Assembly (NCBI GenBank): GCA_049969975.1
Contig: JBMFNW010000002.1
Location: forward strand, 1 to 59,642
Length of the DNA: 59,642 bases
Direction of reading: 5' to 3'
DNA from: Candidatus Nanoarchaeia archaeon
GTDB taxonomy: Archaea; Nanobdellota; Nanobdellia; UBA10117
The position numbers and the translations under genes are program-made. The notes beneath the pieces were generated by a model, which was not told where the DNA came from, searched no databases, and saw nothing but the letters and a program-made list of their open reading frames with translations. Below, in pieces: positions 9,117 through 19,435 of the stretch (positions are counted from its first letter, which is position 1; the number at the start of each line of letters is the position of its first letter).

Positions 9117-9822
9117 AGATCATGTTGTAATTTTAGATGTTGCTAAAGATCCAAATATTGGTATTTATGGTTTTGCAACAGATCGCTATTGCATCGTTGG
9201 TAAGGCTTTTAAGCCTGAACAAGTTTCAGAAATAAAACAAAAACTAAATGTTGAAGTGGTACAAACAAGTTTATATGGTACAGATCTTATTGGTCTTTTT
9301 GCTGCAGGAACTTCATCCACACTTTTAATACCTTCTATTTGTTTTGAGAATGAAATTGCTTTTTTACGTACTAAATTACAAAGTCTTGGCGTAAAGCTAG
9401 TTACAATTGATACAAAACATACAGCTTTAGGCAACAATATTTTGCTAAATGATTTTGTTGGAATTGTCAGTACTGTGTTTAGCAAGAAAGATGTTGAGAA
9501 AATAAAAGCTGCTTTAGGGATTGATATAATACAAATGGATTTGGCGGGCACGCATGTTCCAGGCTCTGTTGGTGTATTAACTAATCAAGGTGCACTTTTT
9601 AGTCCAAATCTTTCAGAGTCAGAAATTAATTATTTGGAAAAACTTTTTGGTTTTGAAATTGGTCTTGGAACTGTAAATTTAGGAAATCCGTTTGTGGCTA
9701 CAGGTCTTTTTGCCAATTCTTTTGGCTTTGCTGTTGGATCAGCAAGCTCTGGATGGGAAATAGCACGAATAGACGAATCGTTAGGATTTTTAAAAAGCCA
9801 TACAAAAAATAAAAGTTTATAG
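9109..9822 (+). CDS. eif6: translation initiation factor 6 (aIF6)
   Basis: Pentein repeat pattern (NIGIYGFATDRYCIVG, GTDLIGLFAAG, LGNNILLND, GSVGVLTNQG, VATGLFANSFG). The ATG at 9109 overlaps the eL31 stop by 8 nt. Confidence 0.9.
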   Translation: MHKDHVVILDVAKDPNIGIYGFATDRYCIVGKAFKPEQVSEIKQKLNVEVVQTSLYGTDLIGLFAAGTSSTLLIPSICFENEIAFLRTKLQSLGVKLVTIDTKHTALGNNILLNDFVGIVSTVFSKKDVEKIKAALGIDIIQMDLAGTHVPGSVGVLTNQGALFSPNLSESEINYLEKLFGFEIGLGTVNLGNPFVATGLFANSFGFAVGSASSGWEIARIDESLGFLKSHTKNKSL

Positions 9823-9863
9823 GAAAGTTTATAAGTAAAATAACTGAATTGTGGAATGGTGAA

Positions 9864-10316
9864 ATGATGGCTGAAAGCGAGAAGGAAAAGTTAAATCCAC
9901 AGAAAGATTCACAGAAAGATTTACGAAAAGATTTACAAAAAGAATATTTGACTTTGCGACTTTTAACTCAACAAATTGAAGAACAACTTGATCTTGTTAA
10001 TGCACAAATTGTTGAGCTAACTTCGGCAAGAAATGCACTTTTAGACATAGGTAAAATTTCACAAAAAACCAAAGCATTAGTTCCACTTAGTCGAGGTGTT
10101 TTTATCGATGCCGAAATTTTAAGTGTAAAAGATGTTTTGGTAAATGTTGGCTCAAGTGTTTTTGTAAGAAAATCACTTTTAGATGCACAAAAATTAGTTG
10201 ATGAGCAAATAGAACAATTGAATAAAATGATTTTAGAATTAAATAACGAACTTATTGTAGCTAATAAGAAAATGCAAGAAATTGAAGCAAAATTTTCGAA
10301 AATAGAAAATGTTTGA
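9864..10316 (+). CDS. pfdA: prefoldin subunit alpha
   Basis: Coiled coil, beta hairpins (ALVPLSRGVFIDAEI...VLVNVGSSVFVRKS), coiled coil. Conserved position before ftsY. Confidence 0.8.
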   Translation: MMAESEKEKLNPQKDSQKDLRKDLQKEYLTLRLLTQQIEEQLDLVNAQIVELTSARNALLDIGKISQKTKALVPLSRGVFIDAEILSVKDVLVNVGSSVFVRKSLLDAQKLVDEQIEQLNKMILELNNELIVANKKMQEIEAKFSKIENV

Positions 10317-11373
10317 GTTTTTTAAGAAAGCAATTCAGAAATTTACGGAACAATTGAGCAAAAGTAAAGAGAAAAAAGAAGGAAAAGAAGCATTAGAGAA
10401 AAAAGAAGAAAAAGTAGCTTTAGAGGCTGAGAAAAAAGAAAAAGTTGTACAAGGAGAAAAAGTTTTGCAAGTTGAAAAGAAAGAAAAGAAAGAAAAAGGT
10501 TTTTTAGATAGAGCATTATCTGTGCTTACAGAAACAAAAGTTAGTGAAAAAGATTTTGAGAGTATTTTTGGATTTTTAGAAATCGAGTTAATTCAAAACA
10601 ATGTTGCTTGGCCAATAATTTGCGAGCTTAGACAAAATTTAGAAAAAGCCATAGTTGGTAAGACTTTTCAAAAATCGAAGTTAGAAGAAAAAATCAGAGA
10701 AATTTTCAAACAAACAATTTATGAAATTTTGAGCAAGCCTAAACAAATAGATCTTATAGAACTTGCAAAGAAGAAAAAAGAAAAACAAGAAGCTCTAATT
10801 TTACTCATTCTTGGTGTAAATGGACATGGCAAGACGCTCACAATTGCTAAACTTGCAAATCTTTTCCTTAAAGAAAACTTAAGACCTATTTTTGCAGCTT
10901 CAGATACTTTCAGAGCAGCTGCAATTGAACAACTTGCTGAACACGCAAAAAAACTAAATGTTAGATTAGTATCTCATAAGTATGGTGCAGATCCTGCTGC
11001 AGTAGCATTTGATGCAATTAAAGCAAAAGATAAAGATGTTGTATTAATTGATACTGCAGGCAGACAAAGCCTTGATGCAAATTTAATGGCGGAATTAGCA
11101 AAAATAAAAAGAGTTGCCAAACCAGATCTAACAATTTTTGTTGGTGAAGCAATTGCTGGCTCAGATCTTGTAGCCCAAGCAAAGCAGTTTGATGAACAAA
11201 TTGGCTTTGATGCAATTATTTTAACAAAACTTGATGTTGATGATAAAGGCGGAGCAATGCTTTCAATTGCACAAGCTACTGGAAAGCCAATACTGTATGT
11301 TGGTACAGGACAAGAATATTCAGACCTTATGCCTTTTAATGCAAAAGAAATAGTTGAAAAAATGTTTGGTTAA
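10309..11373 (+). CDS. ftsY: signal recognition particle receptor FtsY
   Basis: KE-rich N-terminal region followed by an NG domain with GVNGHGKTLTIAKLA, DTFRAAAIEQL, DTAGR and TKLD motifs. Confidence 0.95.
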   Translation: MFEFFKKAIQKFTEQLSKSKEKKEGKEALEKKEEKVALEAEKKEKVVQGEKVLQVEKKEKKEKGFLDRALSVLTETKVSEKDFESIFGFLEIELIQNNVAWPIICELRQNLEKAIVGKTFQKSKLEEKIREIFKQTIYEILSKPKQIDLIELAKKKKEKQEALILLILGVNGHGKTLTIAKLANLFLKENLRPIFAASDTFRAAAIEQLAEHAKKLNVRLVSHKYGADPAAVAFDAIKAKDKDVVLIDTAGRQSLDANLMAELAKIKRVAKPDLTIFVGEAIAGSDLVAQAKQFDEQIGFDAIILTKLDVDDKGGAMLSIAQATGKPILYVGTGQEYSDLMPFNAKEIVEKMFG

Positions 11374-11439
11374 TTTTTTCAACATTTATACTAACTTTTT
11401 AGCCCAAACTTTTTAAATATCTACAACATTTTTTTGACC

Positions 11440-12783
11440 ATGTTAGATAGCTTTGGTGAGGCATTAAAAGAAAGTTTGCGGAAGTTGTTAAAAATATCTT
11501 TAATAGATAAAAAAGTACTTGCAGCTTTTTTAGCAGACATTCGTACGGCTCTACTTTCTGGCGATGTTAATTTGGCACTTGTTGACAAAATTATTCTTGA
11601 AATAAAAAATCGCGCAGAGAAAGAAAAACCAAAACCAGGCCTAACACAGCGAGAACACTTAATAAATATTGTTTATGAAGAAATTGTAAAGCTTTTAGGT
11701 GCTGAGCAAGGTAAGTTAGAAATTAGTCAAAAACCAACAAAAATAATGCTCGTAGGTCTTTTTGGAAGTGGTAAAACTACAAGCGCTGCGAAGCTTGCAA
11801 AGCATTTTAAGAAAAAAGGTCTAAAAGTTTGTTTGGTCCAAACAGATACCTGGAGGCCTGCAGCGTATGAGCAATTAGCACAACTTGCAGAAAAAATATC
11901 TGTACCCTTTTATGGAATAAAGGATTGTAAAAATCCTCTCGAGATTGTGAGAAAATATTCGCAAGATTATTCTCGTTTTAATGTGGTGATTTTTGATACT
12001 GCTGGCAGGCATGCTCTCGATTCAGCATTAATAAAAGAATTAAAAGAACTTGATGCAGAAATAAAGCCGCAAGAAAAATTACTTGTTTTAAGTGCAGATA
12101 TTGGGCAAGCAGCGCGAGCACAAGCAGAAGCATTTCAAAATGCTGTAAGCATCACAGGTGTAATTGTAACAAAACTAGATGGTAGTGCTAAAGGTGGAGG
12201 TGCGCTCTCTGCTTGCGCAGCAACATCTGCAAAAGTGAAATTTATTGGACTTGGCGAACACATTGATGATTTTGAACCTTACGAGCCAAAGCAATTTGTC
12301 TCAAGACTTTTGGGTTTAGGAGATTTGCAAACTTTGCTCGAAAAAGCTCAAACTGCTATTAAGAAAGAAGAAGCAGAAGCTTTAGCTAAAAAAATGCTTA
12401 AAGCAGAATTTACTTTTGACGATTTGTTAAAACAAATTGAGGCGCTACAAAAAATGGGCCCTTTAAAACAAATATTGTCAATGATTCCTGGCTTTGGTTT
12501 GGCAAAAATACCGTCTGATTTGTTGCAAACTCAAGAATCCAAAATTAAAATTTGGCGCACAATAATTCAATCCATGACCCCACAAGAGCGCTCGAAGCCA
12601 GATATTATCGATGCTTCACGCATCACGCGTATAGCAAAAGGCTCTGGCAGGTCAGAGGCGGAGGTGCGCGAACTTTTGAAGTATTATCAACAAATGCGAA
12701 AACTGCTCAAAGGATTTGGTGGCGAAAAACAATTTGCGAAGTTAGAAAAGCTTTTTGGTAAAAAAATTCCACTAAATCTTTAG
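11440..12783 (+). CDS. srp54: signal recognition particle protein SRP54
   Basis: NG domain ([45 protein letters not shown]) plus a Met-rich M domain. Confidence 0.95.
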   Translation: MLDSFGEALKESLRKLLKISLIDKKVLAAFLADIRTALLSGDVNLALVDKIILEIKNRAEKEKPKPGLTQREHLINIVYEEIVKLLGAEQGKLEISQKPTKIMLVGLFGSGKTTSAAKLAKHFKKKGLKVCLVQTDTWRPAAYEQLAQLAEKISVPFYGIKDCKNPLEIVRKYSQDYSRFNVVIFDTAGRHALDSALIKELKELDAEIKPQEKLLVLSADIGQAARAQAEAFQNAVSITGVIVTKLDGSAKGGGALSACAATSAKVKFIGLGEHIDDFEPYEPKQFVSRLLGLGDLQTLLEKAQTAIKKEEAEALAKKMLKAEFTFDDLLKQIEALQKMGPLKQILSMIPGFGLAKIPSDLLQTQESKIKIWRTIIQSMTPQERSKPDIIDASRITRIAKGSGRSEAEVRELLKYYQQMRKLLKGFGGEKQFAKLEKLFGKKIPLNL

Positions 12784-12832
12784 GCTAAGCTTTAATCGAT
12801 AAAGTTAAAAATACATATTCTATTTTCCTAGC

Positions 12833-13126
12833 ATGGTTAAGCGAGCCGGTACTTTTAGAAGCCGGACAAGATATAAATTAAGAAAGCCGCCCAGAGATAG
12901 AGGTAAAGTTAAAGTTACATCCGTTTTGCAAACATTTGAGCCGGGTGAAAAAGTAATAATTCATATTGAGCCAAGCGTGCATAAAGGTATGCCGCACCCA
13001 AAATTTAAGGGCAGGCACGGAATAATTTTAGAAAAAGTTGGAAATGGTTATAAAGTAGCTGTTAGAGATGGTGGCTCGCAAAAAATTTTAACTGTTAGAA
13101 GCGTACATTTATTAAAAGCAAAATGA
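12833..13126 (+). CDS. rpl21e: 50S ribosomal protein eL21
   Basis: SH3-like eL21 pattern (FRSRTRYKL...F..GEKV.I.I.PSVHKGMPHP.F.G..G.I). Confidence 0.9.
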   Translation: MVKRAGTFRSRTRYKLRKPPRDRGKVKVTSVLQTFEPGEKVIIHIEPSVHKGMPHPKFKGRHGIILEKVGNGYKVAVRDGGSQKILTVRSVHLLKAK

Positions 13127-13470
13127 GCTCAATAGATTTTGTTAATAAAAAACCAATTGCCTTGCCTTTAGTAATAGAATTTTTAAAAGATTTAAAAAAA
13201 GAAGAGCGAAGCGATTTTCAAGATAAATTGTTGAATTACTTAAAAAAGTCAGCAAAGCTTTCTAAAGCTGATTGCGAATCATTATTTAAAGAACTTTCAG
13301 CATTAGGTATACCTGGCTTAGCTGAAGAGCACATAGTTGCTTTACTCAATATTTTGCCCAGGAATTTAGATGAAATAAGATCCGTCTTGACAGACAAAGT
13401 TAATCTAAGCTCAGAAAATCTTAAAAAGATCCAAGAGATTATAAGTAAATATATTAAAAATGAGGGCTAA
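13123..13470 (+). CDS. rpoF: DNA-directed RNA polymerase subunit Rpo4 (RpoF)
   Basis: 115 aa and helical. 4-nt overlap with eL21. Conserved eL21-RpoF-DUF655 order in archaea. Confidence 0.7.
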   Translation: MSSIDFVNKKPIALPLVIEFLKDLKKEERSDFQDKLLNYLKKSAKLSKADCESLFKELSALGIPGLAEEHIVALLNILPRNLDEIRSVLTDKVNLSSENLKKIQEIISKYIKNEG

Positions 13471-13472
13471 CC

Positions 13473-14036
13473 ATGATACCAAGAAAAGCGAAGGAAGAAT
13501 ATGTAGTAGTATTAGAATATCTAAAGCATGGTTACGCAGAAGACTCTCGCCCCTCATATAAAAAAGAACCAATTGCGCAAGTTCTAGGAAAAGCTTTTTT
13601 TACTCTTCTCGAAATTGTGCCTTCGGTTGACTTAAAACCTTATGATGAAGTTTATATTGGAGAAGGCAAGCGTGATAAAGTGCGATATATTAAGGGCATT
13701 TTGCCTTATGAAAGACTAACCCAAACAGCTAAAACAGAACTCCCATTCGTCCTTAAAAAAATTGTATTAGAGAACGAACAGCGCTTTGTACAATTTTTTA
13801 ACACAGCTGGTCCAATCTCACTCCGCTCCCACCAATTTGAACTGTTGCCAGGTGTTGGCAAAAAATACGCTCAAATTCTTTTGGAAGAAAGACAAAAAGC
13901 GCCTTTCAAATCATTTGATGATATTAAAGCAAGAGTCCCAGCAATAGAGCCAGTTAAAGTAATTGTTGACAGAATAATTGCCGAACTAAGTGGTGCTGAT
14001 AGGCACAGACTGTTTACTTCAGCCATTCCAACTTAA
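13473..14036 (+). CDS. DUF655 family putative nucleic-acid-binding protein (HhH-containing)
   Basis: KEEYVVVLEYLKHGY N-terminal OB-like part and an LLPGVGKKYAQILLEER helix-hairpin-helix. Conserved synteny. Confidence 0.75.
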   Translation: MIPRKAKEEYVVVLEYLKHGYAEDSRPSYKKEPIAQVLGKAFFTLLEIVPSVDLKPYDEVYIGEGKRDKVRYIKGILPYERLTQTAKTELPFVLKKIVLENEQRFVQFFNTAGPISLRSHQFELLPGVGKKYAQILLEERQKAPFKSFDDIKARVPAIEPVKVIVDRIIAELSGADRHRLFTSAIPT

Positions 14037-14052
14037 TCCTCTAAAATGTAAA

Positions 14053-14415
14053 ATGCGCATTATTTTTGATACGAATGCAATTATTTATGCAGTTAAGTCT
14101 AAATTTGATTTATTTGAAGAATTTAAATTTTGGAAAATTATTATACCTAAGTGCGTGCTTAAAGAATTGGAACTTTTGTCTAAAAAAGCAGAGAAACTTT
14201 CTGATAAAAAAGCAGCCATTTTAGCCTTAGCCGTGTTAAGTAAAAAATCTTTTGAAAAGCCAGAGCTTAAAGGTCCAACAGATCAAGCAATTTTATCCTA
14301 TGCCAAAAAAATTGACGCAGCAATACTTACAAACGATGTTGAACTTAAAAAATTGGCTAAAAAAGATAAAATAAAGCTTTTTTCAATAAGCAGGAAAAAA
14401 ATTCTTGAGCTTTAA
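14053..14415 (+). CDS. PIN-domain ribonuclease (Fcf1/Utp24-like)
   Basis: MRIIFDTNAIIYA ... LKELE ... D.AIL.YA ... ILTNDVELKK acidic PIN signature. Conserved position upstream of Rpo7. Confidence 0.75.
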   Translation: MRIIFDTNAIIYAVKSKFDLFEEFKFWKIIIPKCVLKELELLSKKAEKLSDKKAAILALAVLSKKSFEKPELKGPTDQAILSYAKKIDAAILTNDVELKKLAKKDKIKLFSISRKKILEL

Positions 14416-14459
14416 ATTAGCGATATATTTTTAAATCTGTGCTTTTGCTTAAGAATAAA

Positions 14460-15035
14460 ATGTATTATAAATCAGAAGTACAAGGTGTTGTAAGAGTGCC
14501 GCCAAAGTTTTTTGGCGAAAAATTAGAGCGAGCTGTCGAAAGGCAGCTAAAGGAAGAATATGAAGGTAAAGTTGTCGATCCTTTGGGTAAAGTCATAAGA
14601 ATTTTAGACATTTCTGAGATAGGGGAAGGTACAATTATACCTGGAGATGGAGCAGCATATCATAGAACAAACTTTACAGTAATTCATTATATTCCAGAAA
14701 TTGGTGAAATTGTGGAAGGAGAAATTAAAGATATTGCCAAATTTGGTGCATTTATTGATTTTGGGCCTTTTGAAGGCATGGTGCATATAAGCCAAACAAT
14801 GGACGACTTTGTCTCATTTTCAAAATCTGGTGCATTGTCTGGAAAAAAGACAGGTCGAACATTAAAAGTTGGCGATCGAGTTCGTGCACGCATAATTGCA
14901 ATTTCATATAAAGATCCATACAATCCAAAAATTGGTTTAACAATGCGGCAACCACTTCTGGGCAAGTTGGAATGGATTGATGCTGAAGTAAAAGGAGAAA
15001 AAAAGAAAAAAGAAGCAGAAAAAAATAAAAAGTAA
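14460..15035 (+). CDS. rpoE: DNA-directed RNA polymerase subunit Rpo7 (RpoE')
   Basis: N-terminal SHS2 part and an S1 domain (GEIVEGEIKDIAKFGAFIDFGPFEGMVHISQ). KE-rich C-terminal tail. Confidence 0.9.
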   Translation: MYYKSEVQGVVRVPPKFFGEKLERAVERQLKEEYEGKVVDPLGKVIRILDISEIGEGTIIPGDGAAYHRTNFTVIHYIPEIGEIVEGEIKDIAKFGAFIDFGPFEGMVHISQTMDDFVSFSKSGALSGKKTGRTLKVGDRVRARIIAISYKDPYNPKIGLTMRQPLLGKLEWIDAEVKGEKKKKEAEKNKK

Positions 15036-15037
15036 AA

Positions 15038-15220
15038 ATGGTTAAATTGGCTTGTAAAATTTGCAAAAAACTTTTAACTAAAGATAAGTGTCCCGAACAT
15101 CCAGATGCAAAACTTACAGATACTTGGAAAGGTCGAATTATAGTATTAGATAAAGATAATTCTGAGCTTGCGAAAACTCTAAAAATAAATGAAAATGGAG
15201 AGTATGCTATAAGGGTATAA
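15038..15220 (+). CDS. spt4: transcription elongation factor Spt4 (RpoE'')
   Basis: 60 aa with a zinc-ribbon-like CKIC...CPEH and the W.G.IIVLD motif. Follows Rpo7. Confidence 0.85.
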   Translation: MVKLACKICKKLLTKDKCPEHPDAKLTDTWKGRIIVLDKDNSELAKTLKINENGEYAIRV

Positions 15221-15227
15221 ATGTAAA

Positions 15228-15536
15228 ATGGAAATAAAAATAATTAGCACTGTTGAAAATCCACTTTTTGATAGGTCTGAAATTAAGGCAGAAATTACGC
15301 ATGTTGGGGAGCCAACACCAAAAAGAGCCGATGTGCGCGCCGCGCTTGCAAAAGAACTAAATGTGCCTCAAGAAAATTTAATAATTCACAGCATTGTGCC
15401 GCGGTTTGGATTCAAATCAATTTGTACAGCAAGGGTTTATACTAGTAAAGAAGATTTATTAAAATATGAGCCGAAATATTTGATTGGACGAGAAACAGGC
15501 CAAAAGACGCACAAAACGAAAGAAGGAGGAAAGTAA
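15228..15536 (+). CDS. rps24e: 30S ribosomal protein eS24
   Basis: [36 protein letters not shown] pattern. Confidence 0.9.
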   Translation: MEIKIISTVENPLFDRSEIKAEITHVGEPTPKRADVRAALAKELNVPQENLIIHSIVPRFGFKSICTARVYTSKEDLLKYEPKYLIGRETGQKTHKTKEGGK

Positions 15537-15727
15537 TGCCAAAACACAAACATAAACCAGGACCATCAACTTTAAAGTATAAAAAATATTTAATTGAAAA
15601 TGGAAGCGTTAAAAGAATTGGTCGAATTTGCCCAAAATGTGGTCCAGCAGTGTTTATGGCCGAACATACAAACAGATACCATTGTGGTAGATGTGGTTAT
15701 ACAGAAATAAAAACAGCAAAGTCTTAA
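15536..15727 (+). CDS. rps27ae: 30S ribosomal protein eS31 (S27ae)
   Basis: 63 aa zinc ribbon (CPKCG...HCGRCGYT). 1-nt overlap with eS24. Confidence 0.9.
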   Translation: MPKHKHKPGPSTLKYKKYLIENGSVKRIGRICPKCGPAVFMAEHTNRYHCGRCGYTEIKTAKS

Positions 15728-15776
15728 TTCCTATAAATCTTAAAAGGTTTTAAAATAAAAGGTCTTAAAATACAAT

Positions 15777-16766
15777 ATGCTTTGTTTAGGTATCGAATGC
15801 ACAGCACACACTTTCGGCTGTGCAGTGGTTTCTGATGATGGAAAAGTTTTTTCAAATGTAAAATCTATGTATGTTTCGGAGCAGGGAGGCATAAGGCCTG
15901 TTAAGGCAGCAGAACACCATGTTTCTGTTTTTAATAATGTTTTGATAAAAGCCCTTCAAGAAGCAAAGATCGATTTAAAAGATATTGATTTATTGGCAGT
16001 TTCTACAGGTCCTGGACTTGGACAATGTCTTCGCATTGGTGCTGTTGGTGCAAGAGTTTTAGCTTTAAGGCTCGGCAAGCCGTTAGTGCCAGTAAATCAT
16101 TGTATTGCACATGTTGAAATTGGTAAATTGCAGTCTGGTTTTAAAGATCCAATTACTTTATATGTTTCTGGTGCAAACACACAAATTTTGGCATTTGCAA
16201 GTGGGCGATATAGAGTTTTTGGAGAAACTTTAGATATTGGTTGTGGGAATTTTTTAGATAGCTTTGGCAGACTTCTAGGAATAGGCTTTCCTGCAGGACC
16301 AAAAATAGAAAGCCTTGCTGCAAAAGGAAAAAAATACGTGGCTCTTCCTTATACTATAAAAGGAATGGATTTTGCATTTTCAGGCATACTAACAAAGTTA
16401 AAGCAATTTGTACAGTCTGGAAATTATACAAAAGAAGATCTTTGTTATAGCGCACAAGAAACTGTTTTTGCCATACTTACAGAAGCAACAGAGCGAGCAA
16501 TAGCACATATTGATAAAAATGAAGTTTTACTAACTGGCGGCGTAGCATCGAATGAAAGGCTGGCTGAAATGCTTGCTACTATGTGCGCCGACCGAGGTGT
16601 ACGGTTCGCTGTTGTACAAAAAGACTTTGCAACGGATAATGCAGCAATGATTGCTTGGACTGGTTTGCTTGCCCACCTTTCTGGAGAACATTATTCAATA
16701 GCAGATACTAAAATAAAGCCATATTGGAGAACCGAACAAGTTGATGTTACTTGGATTAAAAATTAA
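15777..16766 (+). CDS. kae1: tRNA N6-adenosine threonylcarbamoyltransferase Kae1 (no fused Bud32)
   Basis: ASKHA fold motifs (LGIECTAHTFG, AEHH, VNHCIAHVE, LYVSGANTQ, LTGGVASNERL, TDNAAMIAW). Confidence 0.9.
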   Translation: MLCLGIECTAHTFGCAVVSDDGKVFSNVKSMYVSEQGGIRPVKAAEHHVSVFNNVLIKALQEAKIDLKDIDLLAVSTGPGLGQCLRIGAVGARVLALRLGKPLVPVNHCIAHVEIGKLQSGFKDPITLYVSGANTQILAFASGRYRVFGETLDIGCGNFLDSFGRLLGIGFPAGPKIESLAAKGKKYVALPYTIKGMDFAFSGILTKLKQFVQSGNYTKEDLCYSAQETVFAILTEATERAIAHIDKNEVLLTGGVASNERLAEMLATMCADRGVRFAVVQKDFATDNAAMIAWTGLLAHLSGEHYSIADTKIKPYWRTEQVDVTWIKN

Positions 16767-16817
16767 ATTAATAAAAATTAAATTTAAATTAATTAAAATG
16801 ATTTAAATTAACATAAA

Positions 16818-17165
16818 ATGGCAAAAGTGCATTTTCCAAACGGAGAAATTTTAGAAGTTGATGTTGCAAAGAATTTTTTAAGCAGGCTTAAAGGGCTTTC
16901 TGGCTGCAAAGAAAAGAAAGCAATGTTATTTTGTTTTCCTGTTCCTGGCTTTTGGTCATTTTGGATGCCCGCAATGCACTATCCGCTATCTATGCTTTTT
17001 TTAAATTCTGATGGTAAAGTTGTTGATATTAAGCATGCGGTTCCTTTGAGCCGAGACCCAAAAACTTGGAAAATTTATGTTCCTTGTGCACTTTGTAAAT
17101 ATGTTTTAGAAACACCCTTTAACCACAATGTTAGCATTGGTGATAAATTAAAACTTGAATTTTAG
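16818..17165 (+). CDS. DUF192 family protein
   Basis: LKGLSG, FWMP.M..PL.MLFL..DGKVVDI and ..P pattern of DUF192/COG1430. Confidence 0.7.
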   Translation: MAKVHFPNGEILEVDVAKNFLSRLKGLSGCKEKKAMLFCFPVPGFWSFWMPAMHYPLSMLFLNSDGKVVDIKHAVPLSRDPKTWKIYVPCALCKYVLETPFNHNVSIGDKLKLEF

Positions 17166-17176
17166 AAACTTAACTT

Positions 17177-17208
17177 AATTTTTAGTTTATTAAATTTTTA
17201 GTTTATTA
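17177..17208. repeat. perfect tandem duplication of a 16-nt unit (AATTTTTAGTTTATTA x2) at a convergent gene junction
   Basis: Read directly from the sequence. The second copy contains the stop codon of the ligase gene. T-rich on both strands, so it may also act as a bidirectional terminator. Confidence 0.6.
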
Positions 17209-18177
17209 AGCCTCTACATTGCATTCTTGTGGTAGTTTGTCAAATCGTAATCTCATAAAAGATGGTGCACGCAAATGAAAGTTTTTAGTATATTCTAAAA
17301 ACTTAACTTCGGCTACATAATAAAGTTTTACCCAAGAGGCATTTTTAAGTTTAAGTTTTGGAAAATAATTTTTATTCGTTTTTATTTTGTTTAACATTTG
17401 ATATAATTGGTTTAATTGAGCTTCGCTAAAACCTGTTCCAACTTCACCAACATGAATTAGTTCGTTGTTTTTAAATTGGCCTAAAATTAGCGAAGCAATT
17501 GGTTTTCTATTGCTAGTATAGCCACAAATTACACAATCTGTTGTTTTAATGTTTTTTATTTTGATCCAAAAAGGCGAACGTTTACTTAATTCATATTTCG
17601 AGACGATTTTTTTAGCTACAACACCCTCCATTTTTAATTTACGTACATATGCCCAAAGCTTTGATCCATTTTGTGTATAAAAAACAGTACGAATTCTTTT
17701 GTTGCCTTGAAATTCTCGCAACAAAGCTTCAAGCTTCGCTTTTCTAGTCAATAAATTTTCAGAAGTGTAATCTTTTTTTCCAATTGCGAGCACATCAAAA
17801 ACATAATATGTTGCAGGCAGTTGACGAGAAAGAAAGTCTATTTTAAGTTTTTGCTCTGTTTGGTCACGAGTTTGAAGTCGCGAAAAACTTGGCAAGCCTT
17901 TTTCATCTAAAACAACAAGCTCCCCATCAAGAATGCAGTCTTTTGGCAACTTTGCAGCCTCTGCTACTATTTCTGGAAATCTATGCTCAAACCATTTGCC
18001 TCTTCTATTTAAAAGTTTAATTTGTGAACCTTTTTTGTAAAGAATTGTGCGCACACCGTCTAATTTTGGCTCAAAAATAAAACCTTTTAGTTTTAAGATT
18101 GATTTATCTCCGAGGCGTGCAAGCATTGGAGAAATTTTTTCTTCGTAAAGCGATTTTTTGTTTTTGTAACTTTTCAT
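17206..18177 (-). CDS. ATP-dependent DNA ligase, LigD ligase-domain type (short, 323 aa)
   Basis: Motif I EPKLDGVR, motif III DGELVV, motif IV YYVFDVL, motif V EGVVAKK, and an OB domain (WIKIK). No DNA-binding domain of the replicative Lig1 type. Confidence 0.85.
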   Translation of the reverse strand: MKSYKNKKSLYEEKISPMLARLGDKSILKLKGFIFEPKLDGVRTILYKKGSQIKLLNRRGKWFEHRFPEIVAEAAKLPKDCILDGELVVLDEKGLPSFSRLQTRDQTEQKLKIDFLSRQLPATYYVFDVLAIGKKDYTSENLLTRKAKLEALLREFQGNKRIRTVFYTQNGSKLWAYVRKLKMEGVVAKKIVSKYELSKRSPFWIKIKNIKTTDCVICGYTSNRKPIASLILGQFKNNELIHVGEVGTGFSEAQLNQLYQMLNKIKTNKNYFPKLKLKNASWVKLYYVAEVKFLEYTKNFHLRAPSFMRLRFDKLPQECNVEA

Positions 18178-18190
18178 AAACTAATGGCTT

Positions 18191-18700
18191 TTATTTTTTT
18201 ATTTCAGCCTCAACTTCTTGTAAGATTCGATTAAAGTTAATTTTAGTCAAATAAAAAAGCTTAACATCTTTCCGAGCTTTAACATATTCTATAAAAGGAT
18301 CTTTTGATTTGAAAGAAATTGTAGCAATTACTTTTTTACTATCTAGAGCTTGCTCAACGAGAGCTTTAAACTTCTCTGAGCGGCACTCCATTAAGCCTAT
18401 TTCATCTATGATAATGAAGTCTGCATTTGAAATCGCCCATTCAAGGGCAGGCAAAGCAATTTTTTCAAAAAGCTCTATGTCGAGCCCATATCTCGAAACA
18501 ACTGCAGGCCTCATTTCGACAGACGCAAAAACACTTTCTTTCTCAGTGTGCAAATCAATTACTTTGAATCCCCATCTTTCACCGTCTTTGCGAATTTCAG
18601 GGGTAATAATTCCACCGTAATTTTTGCCACGAATTACTTTTTGTATCAAAGTCGATTTGCCAGAAGCAGGTGGGCCAGCAATCAAAATATTCTTTTTCAT
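18191..18700 (-). CDS. THEP1-like nucleoside-triphosphatase (NTPase_1 family)
   Basis: Walker A GPPASGKST and Walker B IIIDEIG, 169 aa, GF.V pattern typical of THEP1/MJ1559. GAGGT SD. Its start overlaps the Ku stop (ATGA). Confidence 0.75.
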   Translation of the reverse strand: MKKNILIAGPPASGKSTLIQKVIRGKNYGGIITPEIRKDGERWGFKVIDLHTEKESVFASVEMRPAVVSRYGLDIELFEKIALPALEWAISNADFIIIDEIGLMECRSEKFKALVEQALDSKKVIATISFKSKDPFIEYVKARKDVKLFYLTKINFNRILQEVEAEIKK

Positions 18701-19434
18701 TTTTTACCTCTTATGCTTTGTGCAAGCGCAAGCATTAGATCTTTTGTAGGAGTAATTTTTGGAACTTTTATTTTCTTTTTAATAAGTTCTACCAGTAGTT
18801 CTTTTCTAGCAGATTTATATTTGGAAAGCTCAAAAGGTTTTGTTAAAGCAGACAAAACTTTATTTGCAAGAGAAATTTCTTTTTCGGATAGTTTTGGCAA
18901 ACCGCGAAGTTCTTCAAACTCTGGCTTGCGCACTTCTTCTTCATAATAAAGAGTTGTTAACAAAAGCACTCCTTTGTAATCTCGAATAACTATTAAATAA
19001 TCTTTATCTCGCAAGAAAACTTTTCCAATTCCAACTAAATTTTTATTTGAAAGACATTCTCTAAGGAGTGCGTATGCACGCTCTCCACCTTTTTCAGGAA
19101 GTAAATAGTAGTTTTTTTCAAAAAATATTGGATCTATACTTAAAGGTTCTGTAAATTGTAAAATTTCAATAACTTTAGCCTCGCGAATTGGTAATTTTAA
19201 TTCTTCTTTTTCAAAAAAGACTTTTTTTGTTCCAAGCTCAAGCCCTCTTATAACATCAGTCCAAGGTACAAAATGCTCGCCTTTAGAGCAATAGCGCTCA
19301 TATTTTAGTTTTTGAAAATGTTTTGAACAGTAAAGATGGAATGTTAATTGCTTTGGCTCGGCACAACTAATTAGTTTAACGGGTATTGTAACTAATCCGA
19401 AAGAAATAAAGCCTTTCCAAATCGCTTTTGCCAT
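18697..19434 (-). CDS. ku: Ku protein, bacterial-type NHEJ DNA end-binding protein
   Basis: MAKAIWKGFISFGLVTIPVKL N-terminus, the Y.L.P....ERAYALL motif, and a length of 245 aa. Confidence 0.9.
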   Translation of the reverse strand: MAKAIWKGFISFGLVTIPVKLISCAEPKQLTFHLYCSKHFQKLKYERYCSKGEHFVPWTDVIRGLELGTKKVFFEKEELKLPIREAKVIEILQFTEPLSIDPIFFEKNYYLLPEKGGERAYALLRECLSNKNLVGIGKVFLRDKDYLIVIRDYKGVLLLTTLYYEEEVRKPEFEELRGLPKLSEKEISLANKVLSALTKPFELSKYKSARKELLVELIKKKIKVPKITPTKDLMLALAQSIRGKK

Positions 19435-19435
19435 T